This document shows, piece by piece, positions 37,441-49,676 of a stretch of 64,000 bases of DNA; positions within the stretch are counted from its first letter, which is position 1; each line of letters opens with the position of its first letter. Source of the stretch: Lepidodermella squamata (Eukaryota; Animalia; Gastrotricha); the NCBI GenBank assembly GCA_047495785.1, contig JBLDXI010000046.1, positions 1,488,001-1,552,000 of the forward strand, written 5' to 3'. The notes under the pieces were generated by a model. That model had not been told where the DNA came from. It made no database searches and saw nothing but the letters and a program-made list of their open reading frames with translations. The translations under genes and the position numbers were made by a program.

Positions 37441-38588
37441 ATAGACAACTATTCTCCATTCGTACCGATGTGCATCGAACATGCTTACTTCTCTAGTTTT
37501 GCTACATCTCTTATGTTAGTGTTACTACTGAAATGGAAACTAATAAAATTATCGATTGAAAAATAACGATCGCTGCTAATGAGGTTATTTTTAGCCATAG
37601 CGACCTAAAATCACAAAAATCAGGCATTTAAATCGAGGCGCAGCGTCCTGATATGTCTCTTGCTAAAATTAGGTTCCGCTAAAAGATATTCTGTTAATTT
37701 AATTAGCGCTGGTATCGCAAAACGTAATTTTTGCGTTCTATTTAAAAAAATGTCAGCGCGTCATAAAATCGCCTCTTCTATTTTTTCAAACTCAGTGAGA
37801 ATCATATCACATCTAGGAGGCTGAGATAACTTGGACTAGTCAAATTTGCCTCCTAAAACATGAAATTAGGATTGGAAAGTTCAGGAAGCCTAAAAGGTCC
37901 CGAACTTAGATCGAACTTGATGGAAACAGGGAAAAACCTTTCTTCTATTATTTCGGTTCTACCCTATAATTTTTCGAATTTCCTACAACCTCTGCCCTCT
38001 ATTCAGGTTCTGCCATTTATTTCGGCCCTGCCTCATATTTCGGTATTTACTGTATTCATTTTCGTCTGAAACGTCGAGGGCGGAAGAGTCAGGACGCCAA
38101 GTTCATCGGTGGTATTGACGGACGGAAATGTCACACAACCTTTCAAGCTTAAAATAATTCGTCGTATGTTCGGCAAAATTCCCACCTCCTAATTTTAAAA
38201 TAAACCGAAAAACTTTTAAAACTTTTAAAAAAAATTCAGTAAAAACAATTTCAGAGCGAAGGTATAGTCATCGCCGGCGGATCGAATTACGTCGGCCATT
38301 TCGACCGATGACGCGCTGTGGGAACATTTGTTGCAGATGAATGGGGATTTGCACATTTTTCAGCAATTAAAATCAGCAATTATTTCAACTCGAAATCGCA
38401 AATGACATGCAGGTTTATCTCGATTTCAATTTTATCAAGTTCTCAACCAACCCTTCGTGAAAAAGTCAGAGCAAATCACTTGAAGTCGTGTTTTATTGTA
38501 CGCAAATAAATCACAAAAATTCACAGAATAAAGAGCGACTGTTGTTGAGAAATAAATCGTCCCGTATTCAACCAGACCGGTTTTTGTT

Positions 38589-41500
38589 TCAGCTTGCAGC
38601 CGTGTAGACCTTCTGCAGATGAGCATACATTTTCTCGTCGCCGAACATCGTTTTAGCGAGACTGCGAGACTTGGCCTCCCACACGCTCGCCTGCCGCTGG
38701 TCGCCCACCTGCTGGTAGCACAAGTACAGGCCGTGGCTGGCGTCGAGCGCCTCCATCGACAGCCCGAAGTCCTCGTACATTTTCAGGCACGGTTCTAGCA
38801 GGTCGGCGGCCTCCTTGAAACGCGCCCTGTCCATGAGTGCAATCGACAGCGTCGCGGCAACGCGGCACGCCATCAAGTTCAGCGACTGGTCGTGGCGCAG
38901 CGAACGCGCTTCGTTCAACATCGCGCCCAGCCGGTCGATGTCGTCGTCGGAAAACCGCTCAGAGCCACATCTCGATTTCGCCGATTTGCTTTTAGCTAAA
39001 AAATAATACAGATTAACTCAGATTTAAACCTCGATTTTTTCAAGTTTGAAATCATAAAATTCAAAAATTTTAAATATGGTTTTCAAGTTTTACGATATCA
39101 CTCATGTCTTAATTTTACAGAGCTAATTAAACTAATACTTGAAATTAAGAAGTTCTTTAACAATTACGATTATCCATAACTTCCCTACATTTTAGATCGT
39201 ATTGTTTCTTTACATTCCGCATTCGGCGTAAAATGGTCATGAATAAAACTATAATTGCTGCCTTATGATACCAATAAACCGACCGAAAACGCACTATTTC
39301 GTTTTCTTCATGTGGCCAAGTTGAACAACTACCATCAGCTAGGAGCTGAGAAAGTTCCAAGTGATCATCAACTTTGCCGCCTACTACAATGAGGCCTTAT
39401 AAATAGGAAATTCAACTTTTTGTTACAGTGGTTCCAAATCTGCTGCGTACAGTGCCCTATACGCCAAGCTCTACCTCGCCAATGGGCTGATATCATTCGA
39501 GTCAGCAACAAAGGTTACTACTGTCTAACTGCTATAGACAGTTATAGACCACATTAAGCCATAACTTCCTTACATTCTATATCGTATTGTTTCTTCACAT
39601 TCCGCACTCGGCGTAAAATGGTCATGAATAAAACTATAATTGCTGCCTAATAATTTCTTTGAACTCCGGCCCGGCACGCGTTGTTCTCGTTTCGGCAAAA
39701 TTTGTAAATTACAATTTTGCCAATTTTGCCGAAACGAGAACAACGCGTGCCGGGCCGGAGTTCATGAGGTGATTCATCGGGATCTCAAGCCCGAGAATGT
39801 CTAAGTCTAGGTCTAGGTCTAGGGACGATGGACCCCTGGTCATTGCTGACTAAGGCTTGTCGAAACAGCTCGAAACGTTTGACGAATTGACGGCTACGAA
39901 AGTTGGAACACCTATCAGCTGGGGGCCCGAGCTACATGTCAATAAGAAGCGTAAGTACGGAATGGCAGTTGGCATGTGTGCCTTACCGAACTAGAAAAAC
40001 CTGACCGAAAAACACCCTCACGTGAATAAACTGCACAACCCGGGTGCCTTAGAGAAAGTTCCCAGTGATCATCAACGCGTAAAAATCGAGAATCCTCGAA
40101 AGTGCGGTGGTGATGATTGGATTGCACGGGGCATTCGACGTACATCTGCAGCAAATGTAAAATACCATTCCACCCACTTTGCTTCGCCAAATACAATATG
40201 CATTTCCGCTGAATAGCTATGAGTCGCCAATTTTTACGCTACTTAACTGTTTACTGAAAGATTCTTTCTTTCTGTGCTTCTTTCAAGAAAAACCTGACCG
40301 AAAAACACCCTCACGTGAATAAACTGCACAACCCGGGTGCCTTAGAGAAAGTTCCCAGTGATCATCAACGCGTAAAAATCGAGAATCCTCGAAAGTGCGG
40401 TGGTGATGATTGGATTGCACGGGGCGTTCGACGTACATCTGCAGCAAATGTAAAATACCATTCCACCCACTTTGCTTCGCCAAATAAAATATGCATTTCC
40501 GCTGAATAGCTATGAGTCGCCAATTTTTACGCTACTTAACTGTTTACTGAAAGATTCTTTCTTTCTGTGCTTCTTTCAAGAAAAACCTGACCGATAAACA
40601 CCCTTACGTGAACAAACTACACAACCCTGGTGCCTTAAGATTCTTTCTTTCTAAGTTTCTTTCAAGAAAAACCTGACCGAAAAACACCCTCACGTGAATA
40701 AACTGCACAACCCGGGTGCCTTAGAGAAAGTTCCCAGTGATCATCAACGCGTAAAAATCGAGAATCCTCGAAAGTGCGGTGGTGATGATTGGATTGCACG
40801 GGGCGTTCGACGTACATCTGCAGCAAATGTAAAATACCATTCCACCCACTTTGCTTCGCCAAATAAAATATGCATTTCCGCTGAATAGCTATGAGTCGCC
40901 AATTTTTACGCTACTTAACTGTTTACTGAAAGATTCTTTCTTTCTGTGCTTCTGTACATCTGCAGCAAATGTAAAATACCATTCCACCCACTTTGCTTCG
41001 CCAAATACAATATGCATTTCCGCTGAATAACTATGAGTCGCCAATTTTAACGCTATTTTACGGTATTTCACCTGACCGATAAACACCCTCACGTGAATAA
41101 ACTGCACAACCCTGGTGCCTTAAGATTCTTTCTTTCTAAGTTTCTTTCAAGAAAAACCTGACCGAAAAACACCCTCACGTGAATAAACTGCACAACCCGG
41201 GTGCCTTATGAACAGTACGACTTCGGGCGAGCTTCGGAATAGCGTTTTCAGCCATACGCCAACATGACAACATGGCAGTTAGCATTGAGAAGTCCAAAGC
41301 CACCCTTGAGGATTCTAAACTGTTCAAAGCTGTTCTAGAAGAGGCAGATGTGTTATCCAAAGTAAGTCGGCTGATCTAATCTGTCTCCTTATTCAATTAT
41401 TTGACATTTTCAATTTTTTGCTTGCGCCTCATCTAAACCTGTTGATATTCCACGAATCGTTCTTACACAATGGGCAACTGTTCTTGGTGACGGAACTGTA

Positions 41501-44500
41501 CTTAAAATCGTTTGATGACGACATTTCGGACCTCATCAAAGATGCCAACCCGTACAGTGAAAAAGAGCTCGCTAAAGATTTGTTCGAGCTGGTTGCCGGG
41601 CTAACCATGCTTCACGATAACAAGGTGATTCATCGGGATCCCAACCCCGAGAATGTCTTAAGGTCTAGAGACGATGGACCCCTGGCTGACTAGGGCTAAA
41701 TACTCGTTTAAAATACTCGGTATGTTTCTCGATCCTAAACAACAATCGATGGCTTTACGCCGAAATGCGCAAATCGAGCTACAATCTACCGTGAAATTGA
41801 ACAATCTAAGAGCTCGACCCCAAAGTTCTGACGACTGCTGGTAATTTCTCGTTAAATCTAACCATCTAACTGCCAAAAAATGAACCCGGGCTAACGCAAA
41901 TTTAAACATCCGAAAATTAGCCAAAAAATTTCAATTTTTCACCCAAAAAAAATCTCACAAAATAATTCCCGAATTTTTCCAAGAATCGAAAAGCAATTTT
42001 TAAAACGTACTTTTAGCACCAGATTTCTTGTCGCCCTTCCGTTCAGATTTCATCGATTTCAGCAAATCATCCAGCCGTTTGATCGACCGCCTCGTATCAG
42101 CCGACTCGCCGCTTTCGAGCAGACACAGCCGGCAATTGCAAACGAAATCGTAGCTGCCGCGCAGCACCTTATCCCGCTCCTCGAACAACTTGGTCGGCTG
42201 GCAGTACTGAAACAGCAGCTGTTGCCCGGCCGCGACTGGCTTTATCGTGCGTACGAACATGAAATCGCCGATTATCGGATGCACGCAGTTGATTTCCGAA
42301 CACGAGTGGTTGACGTAAGACGGCACGAGCCACAGGCCTGTGTCGTGCCAGAATGTCGCGGCTGTTTCACTGCCATTCGAGTAGTCCATCCCAGCTTCGA
42401 ATGCGTTGTAGCGAACCACGTTTTTGATGCGTTCGATATCAACCGGCAGCGATTCGTCGTACTCGGCCTCTTCGAGCCATCGCAACTGCTCGCCGGCGTA
42501 CAACTTGTAGAACTCGCGGCCCAGCGACGGGTTTTCGACTAGCTTCTCAGAAATCACGGCGATCAACTCCTGCCTCCCGATATCAACGCACGAATTGCCA
42601 AAGTCGACCGTTATTTCAGTGGATCTATGCAAGGGAAAAAAATCATAAGTTTTTCAATTTTCAACAAGGATTTTTCGTCTTACTTTGGATCGCATTTCTT
42701 GTAGGCGAAAGCTTTCGTTGCGCTGACCAGAGTTCCTGCCGGAATGTCGACTTTAGCCACCAGGCCGCGCTCACAGCCAGCGACGGATCGAATCTCAACA
42801 AGGGACGAGTCGAAGAATTCGGCGTGGTTGAGAAAAACGCTGGAAAAGATAACAAAATCGTATACCCCCAGGCCAAGTAAATGTTAGGGATATTGGATAT
42901 AGAGGAGGAAATTCGAGCAGCAGTCGTCCTCAAGGTTAGACAGAATCAACCAGCATTCGTCCCAGCTACACCAAGGCAATGAATCGCAAATCCGGGACGA
43001 TCGCGAAAATCGAGCAGCATTCCTCTTGAAAATTATCACGACAATGGCGCCACTTCTTCTTGGATTTCGTGCCATTTTGTTCCAGGGTCGAACTAGTTCA
43101 ACGGCGCGCATCTTCTCGAATAAGATTGAGCTTGAAATCGACATTGATCAGATGGGCGAACAAGTTGCCATGAACCGAATTCACTCGCCGAGTTGATAGT
43201 ACGGGCCAAGAATTCGAAGGCTCGAGACATCTTCGACGAAGCAGAACGCCAGTGTGATGCGAAGATTCGGCGGCAAAAAAGGCGAGTGAAAATCAAAACG
43301 AAAATCGACAAAATGAGCGCTTGAATAAAAAATGACCAAAAACGCAATTTTTGACGAAAAATTAAGTTGGATTTTTTAATTTAAAAATTGAACCTTTCCA
43401 CCACTTTGCAGTATGCCTTTCAATGGAGCACTGAAATTCGGTAAAAACTACTTTGGCTCGGCCATTTTATGCTCGGTTTTTCAACACATTTCCTCCTCTT
43501 TTGTCCAATAAATACCCATATTGAAGAACTACAGCAAGGTCTGGAAATTCTTACCTTTTTTGGCTCTCGTCGTACATTTTCAGCAAGTCATACTTGCCAG
43601 TTTTCGATTCGCGATACGCCAGTTGCACTTCGTTGAAAAGCGTCGCAATTTCAGGCACGCCGCCCTGTTTCACATCTCGCTTCAAAAACGCCAGACATTC
43701 TTCGTAACGCTTCAGTGCTAACAGAGCTTTCCCTTTTCGATACAACAATTTCAGACTAGAGGAATCTATATCCAACCCGCGTTCTGTGTCTTCCAAGGCC
43801 AAAGCAGGCTTGTCGAGGGCTAGGTAACAGGCCGCTCGATTCGCGTACATAACAGCGTTTTTCGGGTTTGTTTTCAGCGCTTTTGAATAGCACTCGAGTG
43901 CTTTTTCGTAGTTTTTATCCGCAAAATAGCACATGCCAGCTTTACCGGGTTCCATCGTGTCGTAACCAATTGATGACGAAGCGGCTTGAGATTTTGATGA
44001 ATTATTCGAGAGAGGAACGCGCCACGTTCGACCCTTGAGAATCGGGTGAGAAGGTTCGAGAATGACAAATTGAGTCGGATTTTCACAACGAAGCGCTGGG
44101 AAACCGGACATGCTGGTTTTGAGCCACGGATTCATAAGCGCGATGATACTCTAAAAATTCATCAATTTCGGGAGTAAATTAAATAAAATAAAGGAGGGTA
44201 TTTACGCCAATTGGGACGAGATCTTCATCTGCAACGCGTTTCTTCGGCTTGTAATTGTAAAGACTAAGGGGTAATGCCTTTTCACCGCTCGGATCGTCCA
44301 GCACCAAATTGATGGCATTAATTTTCCAACTAGTACCAATCGACCGGCAGAGTAGAAATTTACCCGCATGTACATTATCCGGCCCGCATCGAACAATCTG
44401 GTCGATGGTTATCATATTTTCAGGCTTGATTTCAACCGGCGGCAAACCGCCATTTGGCGCGTCCATCGTTGTTTGGGTCATTGAAACTTGGTACTTGCCC

Positions 44501-44619
44501 TGGGCCTGGGCTGCAATGCTCTCTCGAGCTTCGTTGTGCCGCCTCAACGCGTAGGTTCGGTCATAAACATCGCCATTCTGCTGGCGCATCATCGACGCCA
44601 ACACTTGCATCAAATCCAT
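38589..44619 (-). CDS. TPR + SET domain protein of the fungal-type TPR-SET (SMYD-related) family (exons 44619-44206, 44150-43555, 42839-42684, 42624-42011, 38995-38589)
   Basis: N-terminal SLYN..GSIIALMNPW domain, TPRs (ALECYSKAL, YANRAACYLAL), SET motifs RGLVAKVDIPAGTL, GLWLVPSYVNHSC, FVCNCRLC, and C-terminal TPR-like helices. All junctions are in frame. Confidence 0.88.
39660..39764. repeat. GC-rich hairpin with ~42-bp perfect arms
   Basis: tgaactccggcccggcacgcgttgttctcgtttcggcaaaatt ... aattttgccgaaacgagaacaacgcgtgccgggccggagttca. Confidence 0.9.
39765..39940 (+). pseudogene. Protein kinase fragment (subdomains VIb-VIII)
   Basis: VIHRDLKPENV*...LVIAD*GLSKQLE...KVGTPISWGPEL. Confidence 0.8.
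39993..41208 (+). repeat. 293-bp tandem array derived from a piggyBac transposase C-terminal Cys-rich domain
   Basis: Units start at 39993, 40286, 40579 (truncated) and 40665, followed by partial units. Removing a 5-nt duplication (gattg) gives HQRVKIENPRKCGGDDCTGRSTYICSKCKIPFHPLCFAK. Confidence 0.85.
41220..41693 (+). pseudogene. NEK-like kinase pseudogene, N-terminal part (subdomains I-VII)
   Basis: RASFGIAFSAIRQHDNMAVSIEK...EEADVLSK|gt intron...HLNLLIFHESFLHNGQLFLVTE...VIHRDPNPENVL, ending at a stop in place of DFG. Confidence 0.8.
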
Positions 44620-44679
44620 AATTATTTATTCATTAAAAAAATAAATACCCTATTTCATAAATTAATTTATAAAATAAAT

Positions 44680-46352
44680 TCAACGATGTTTCACAGATAA
44701 AAATAATTTGCCAGAAATGGGTCGGAGTAACAGCTCCATCACAGGTAACGGGTCACATTGGTTATCACGCGGAAATTCGACAGAGAAACGACGAAAAAAT
44801 GACGAGAGCACAACTTTCAGTTCATACATAGCAAAACGTTGCCCAATGCAGTTCCTTTGCCCTGCGGCGAACGGTACATAAGCATACGGGTGATTTTTCG
44901 GCGGAACCAGGTGCTCCGGAGTAGGAGTCATGAATCGCTCAGGAATAAATGAAAACGGATCGACGAAGTACTCCGGATTGTAATGCATAGGTTCAAGTAG
45001 CACCATAACACTAGTTCCTTTCTCCACGTGGTACTTGCCAAGATCCAGACCAGAATCGACATCTCGAGCAAAAGTTGGCACGGTTGGAAATCGGCGTAGG
45101 CTCTCCTTAATGCAGCACTCGATATATTTCATTTGTCGGAGATCGTTCATAGAGGCCGGTCGTGAAGATGACCCGAAAATCTCGTCAACTTCAGCTTGAA
45201 CTTTGCGCTGAACCTCTGGATTTGTTGCCAAAAGATACAAAGTCCAGGACAATGTGATCGCAGTTGTGTCATGGCCCTGAAATGAAGTAAACTTGAATGA
45301 AGTAAACTCGCGCAAGACAAACATCCTAACTTACCGCGAATAGGAAGGTATCGACTTCCTCTTGGACTTCTTTACGTGAAAGTTTAGTGAAGTTCTCACT
45401 CGCATAGAGAAGTGTGTCCAACAGAGCTAGTCGCTGCTTGCCAGGTCGATTGCTTTTAGCAGTGTCGACATCTTCGTTATCAGAGTTATGTTGGTTCATC
45501 TTGACTTCGAAATCGGCGCGGTTGAAAGTAGCAGCTCGTTCTTTGATGACCCTTTCACTGTAGGCATGAAGGATTTCGAGACATTTAGCATGTCGCCGAC
45601 CTGATGACATAAGCCGATACAAAAAATCAGGCCATTGGTGTAGGCTCTTAAACCGAGTATCGATGAGTTTGTTAATGTCGATAACTGCTTTCACATATTC
45701 AGCACTTGCGCCTTTCTGCGCATCCAGTGAGATGCCCATAGCCGTTTCACAAATCACGTCCATTGTTAGCAGCGTTGTAAGCTGAAAGATGTCAAACTCC
45801 TGCCGACTATCGGCATAATCTTCCAGGATTCTAACGAAAACTCCGGCGTGCTCATTCATTACCGGTAAAAATTCGCCCAGTATGTTAAAATGAAATGACG
45901 GCGTGATTAGCTTCCTGTGATTGTACCATTTCTCACCATGACTGAGAGGCAAACATAAGATAAGCGCACAGTCTACTTTGAAAGGAACGAAGCGCTCACC
46001 TAGTAATAAGACCTTCACCCAGCCATGGTTTTGCGAAGCGGTAATCCAAAGCCTTTCGAATCTCATGACTGTTCATCAAATCTTGAACGTATTCAGGTTT
46101 ATAAACAAGAACAACAGGCCACGTGCCCATCATCAGCGCAATAACTCCCTCATCCAGGTTTTTCTCGTAGCAAATATCCCAAAATTGCTGTCTCTGTGCT
46201 GCTGGATCGATTTTCAAACAATAAAAACTTCCGATTATCGGTAATGCAGGAAAGTGAACAGAAAACTGAGCAAGCTTGCGGTGCCTGAACCAGTAAAACA
46301 CGGATGCTGCAAGAAAGCCGACAAGTAATACCAGTAGGCTCAACAACAGCAT
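44680..46352 (-). CDS. Cytochrome P450, CYP4 clan (exons 46352-46000, 45941-45335, 45276-44680)
   Basis: PWLGEGL, WxxxRKLITPSFHF, EEVDTFLFA|GHDTT, KESLR, PERF and PFAAGQRNCIG motifs. Confidence 0.95.
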
Positions 46353-47816
46353 TTAATATATGTATGACTATAATCAACAATGATTCAATTAATTAATTCA
46401 TACGAATGGTTAAGATTAAAGAGAAGGAAAGACGCATAAGAGTTGCTGCGATTTGGGCATGTCTATGAACAAAAAGGATACGGCGATTTTCAGCCCAGTG
46501 GCCGACAAATGACCACTCCTAATTCCACCATAATTGCCTATAATAGTTGCTGCTACTGTCGCGGAGTCGGCGAAACCGGATTTGTCAACTTACTTGGCAA
46601 AAGATTCACCAACATCGAAATCTTTGGCAAAAAACGACTCACTCTCAGATTACGCGGGAAAAGGCGCGAAAAATGGCACGCATGTCAAGGTTGTTAATCT
46701 TTCAATATATTATTTAAAATTTAATATAAATATTACCTACGCAACAATTAAAATTAATGGAAAAAGTGAATAAACATTAAGTTTAGTCGCATCAGATTTG
46801 GAAAAATCGAAATTTTTTGAACACGCTCAAATAGTGAAAGCTCCAAGCACCAAGAAACCTTATACCCCATAACCAACTCTTTTCTGTCATCTGCACGATA
46901 TGAAAAATTCCAGTGACGTTCGTTCTGTAAGAAACCGGGATCATGTTGTAGGAAAGCAGGCCAGGGATTGCAAGAAAAGTAGGAAACAATTATTCGAGCA
47001 TCTCCGAAACTCACTTCTCAAAATCGCAATTTGAAGGAAGATTCGCTACGGAGATGGTTGAGCCGTCTTTTGTAAAGCAAAACACTAATTAGGAGAGGAG
47101 AACTAGGTCACAAATAAGCAAAACACTTGAAAAACTGATTATTGTCATTTGCCCCATCTTCATCCTCGATTGCTGATGGCTGATGTTATTGATTGGCAAT
47201 GATATTGATGGACGTGGCTCCGTCTCATGCCTCTTGCTAGGAGCACCCAAGTACCCAAGTTGGCGTCCTACTCACCTAAGTAGCCGAAGTAGTACTTCGA
47301 AAGTTAAATACAGTTGAGTGATGAGACGCCTATGCAGATATTCAACTTGTTATGAGCCGATGAATAACTTGGAAATAAGCCCCGAGTTCGTATTTGAGAT
47401 CGATAATTGAAATGAAGGGTAGAGAAGGACGTAAATAGGGACAGGAGTAGGGAATATTTGAGAAAATACGGGCGGAACAAAATAGCGGGAACTGATGCTT
47501 CCCGCTAAATCCCCAAGGAAATGTTGTAAAATCGAGGTTTCGTCATTTATCGAGGAAGATAAGTTATCAGCTCGTGCTGAATTTTATCTGACGAGGCGTC
47601 AGCCGAGTCGAGGCACGAGCGACTATTGCAGAGAGCGAGGATGCATAACAGTTCGGAAATTGATGTTGCATCGACCAACAAATTGTGCAAAATGATATAA
47701 TTTAGCAGGAAGCAAAATCATTCTGAGAAGAGTAAAAGATTTCTGGTAAAAAAAATCGCATCGTTTACTTCATAAAAGTGCTTTCACAGTCACATGATAA
47801 TACAAATTGAAATCAT

Positions 47817-48782
47817 TCAATGGCTTTGTCCATTAAGATAGTCCACGATATGGTGATGGCCCATCTGCTCTGCGATGACTCGAGCTTGTTCATGGTGATC
47901 TTCAGCGCTAAGTTCACTTCCTCCAGAACTTCCATCTCGATCTTTCACCATAACAGCTTGCGTTAAAAGCTTCACTATTTCAACATGCCCACCAGCAACA
48001 GCGTACATCAGTGCAGTGAGGCCGTCGTGATTCGCGATGAAAACGTCGGCGCCACTGCTTAGCAGTCGCTGCACGATGTCCTTATTACCACAGAAGCAGC
48101 TGCACATCAGCGGCGTAACGCCATCAACATCCACAGCGTTGATTAAATCAGCAGATGTGCATCGGTTGTCCGAGGCGAAAAAATCGACCACATCACGTTC
48201 GCCGTTGAGCGCGGCAAAGTGAAGAGCTGTAAACCCAGTTTTAGTCTTTGAAGACACAGTAGCGCCTGCATCAAGCAGTCGCTTAACAATGGCGAGATGG
48301 CCGTTCTGAGCGGCGCAGTGAAGGCTTGTCGCGCCGTCCACAGACACCGAATTGATTTCAGCGCCATTTTTGAGCAAATACTCGACAATATCTAAATGTC
48401 CATTTAGGGAAGCTGTCATCAGTGAGTTCACGCCTTCGTGGTCTTTAGAATGGATATCAATGCCAAAAACTCGCAGTTGTTCGAGGACTTTGAGATGGCC
48501 GTGTTGACAAGCGCACAAAACTGCTTCAGTTTCGCCATTTGCATTCGGCCCGATTTCCATGCCGTTCGACGTGATGTAGCGAGCGATTTCACTCTTGTTC
48601 TTCAAAGTCATTGCTTTTGTTACCGTTGGCACGCCAGTCTGAACTTTCCCACCGCCATGGGTAGCTAACACAGTTGCGATTTGCTGCTCATTTTGACTGC
48701 CTGGCTTCTCTGAGTTCGGTGCAGTTATGTTTTGAGTTTCATGGCTTCGCTGGGTAGGCAAGTTAGAATTGACTTGACCCAT
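47817..48782 (-). CDS. Single-exon ankyrin repeat protein with an N-terminal MGxxxS motif
   Basis: About 6 ankyrin repeats (GATSLHCAAQNGH, GFTALHFAALNG, GLTALMYAVAGGH); starts MGQVNS. Confidence 0.85.
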   Translation of the reverse strand: MGQVNSNLPTQRSHETQNITAPNSEKPGSQNEQQIATVLATHGGGKVQTGVPTVTKAMTLKNKSEIARYITSNGMEIGPNANGETEAVLCACQHGHLKVLEQLRVFGIDIHSKDHEGVNSLMTASLNGHLDIVEYLLKNGAEINSVSVDGATSLHCAAQNGHLAIVKRLLDAGATVSSKTKTGFTALHFAALNGERDVVDFFASDNRCTSADLINAVDVDGVTPLMCSCFCGNKDIVQRLLSSGADVFIANHDGLTALMYAVAGGHVEIVKLLTQAVMVKDRDGSSGGSELSAEDHHEQARVIAEQMGHHHIVDYLNGQSH

Positions 48783-49344
48783 GTTTCACTAAACGTATTC
48801 TATAAACCAGAAAATTCAGTGAATGAAGTGCAAATCCACGCAGAGAACCACGCTACCTTTTGTCTCCTGGGAATATAGTGGGGAAAGTGCGTAGTTTAGA
48901 CTTCAAAATGTATACCAGAACGAAAGAGGCGACAATCCTCCCAGCCAGACTCGTTGCTTGACTGCAGTTTTTTGTCTGCTTCGCGAAAAATATAATAGCG
49001 AAAAGGGGTTTGGTTCCGCTCACTGACGTAGTTTGCCGTGTTAATAATTCATCTTTCGAGCATTCAATAAATTGCTGATGGCACACAGCCGAACGTGCGC
49101 CAACCGTTTTAACGGTTCGCAATCGATGGAAACGCTTTTTTGTTGATAATATTCGAACTATTGCATGCTAAATACATCGGCTTCACAGAGCTATATGAGC
49201 AAGCTTTTCGTTCGATCTTATGATCATGTCGTCCAACCGAGCCTGGAAAATTTGTTGTGAAATAGGTCGTAATTGCTATAGCTCGTTATCGATTAGAATC
49301 GACCTGTGGTATAGCAAAATGGGTCATTTGAGCTCTAAATTTAA

Positions 49345-49676
49345 GGGATCGAATATCTTTTAGCGGAACCAAATTTACAGTGGGCGGAACCAAATATGCT
49401 GTAGCGGAACCAAATTTGCTTTTTGCGGAACCTAACTCGAAATGCGCCAAGAGTCATTTTTTAATATTTGTAAGAATTTTAGGCTAAGCATGACTTCTGA
49501 ATTGAACAATTCGTCTTATAGAGAATGTTGCGCTGAATTCACTGGAGAATTTTCTAGAATTATTGGGGCCAATTTTGACATTCTATAAATTTCCGAAAAG
49601 CGATTTCAGGCCACTAGAAAATTCTAAAATGTGGTTCCGCTCACTGTAAATTTGGTTCCGGTAACAGGAAGACCCT
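49345..49676. mobile_element. MITE-like element with gcggaaccaaat subterminal repeats
   Basis: gcggaaccaaatttacagtgggcggaacc vs ggttccgctcactgtaaatttggttccg; a related end lies at ~37670-37691. Confidence 0.55.

Noticed and set aside
39993-41208. CRISPR-like array, or repeated 64-66 aa small genes
   Set aside because: Units are identical throughout with no unique spacers; the ORFs are by-products of a frameshifted transposase tail.
43393-43431. Possible micro-exon in TPR-SET intron 2
   Set aside because: The flanking exons already join in phase; including it would shift the frame.
46443-47014. Short ORFs upstream of the P450
   Set aside because: No recognisable motifs or consistent splice model.
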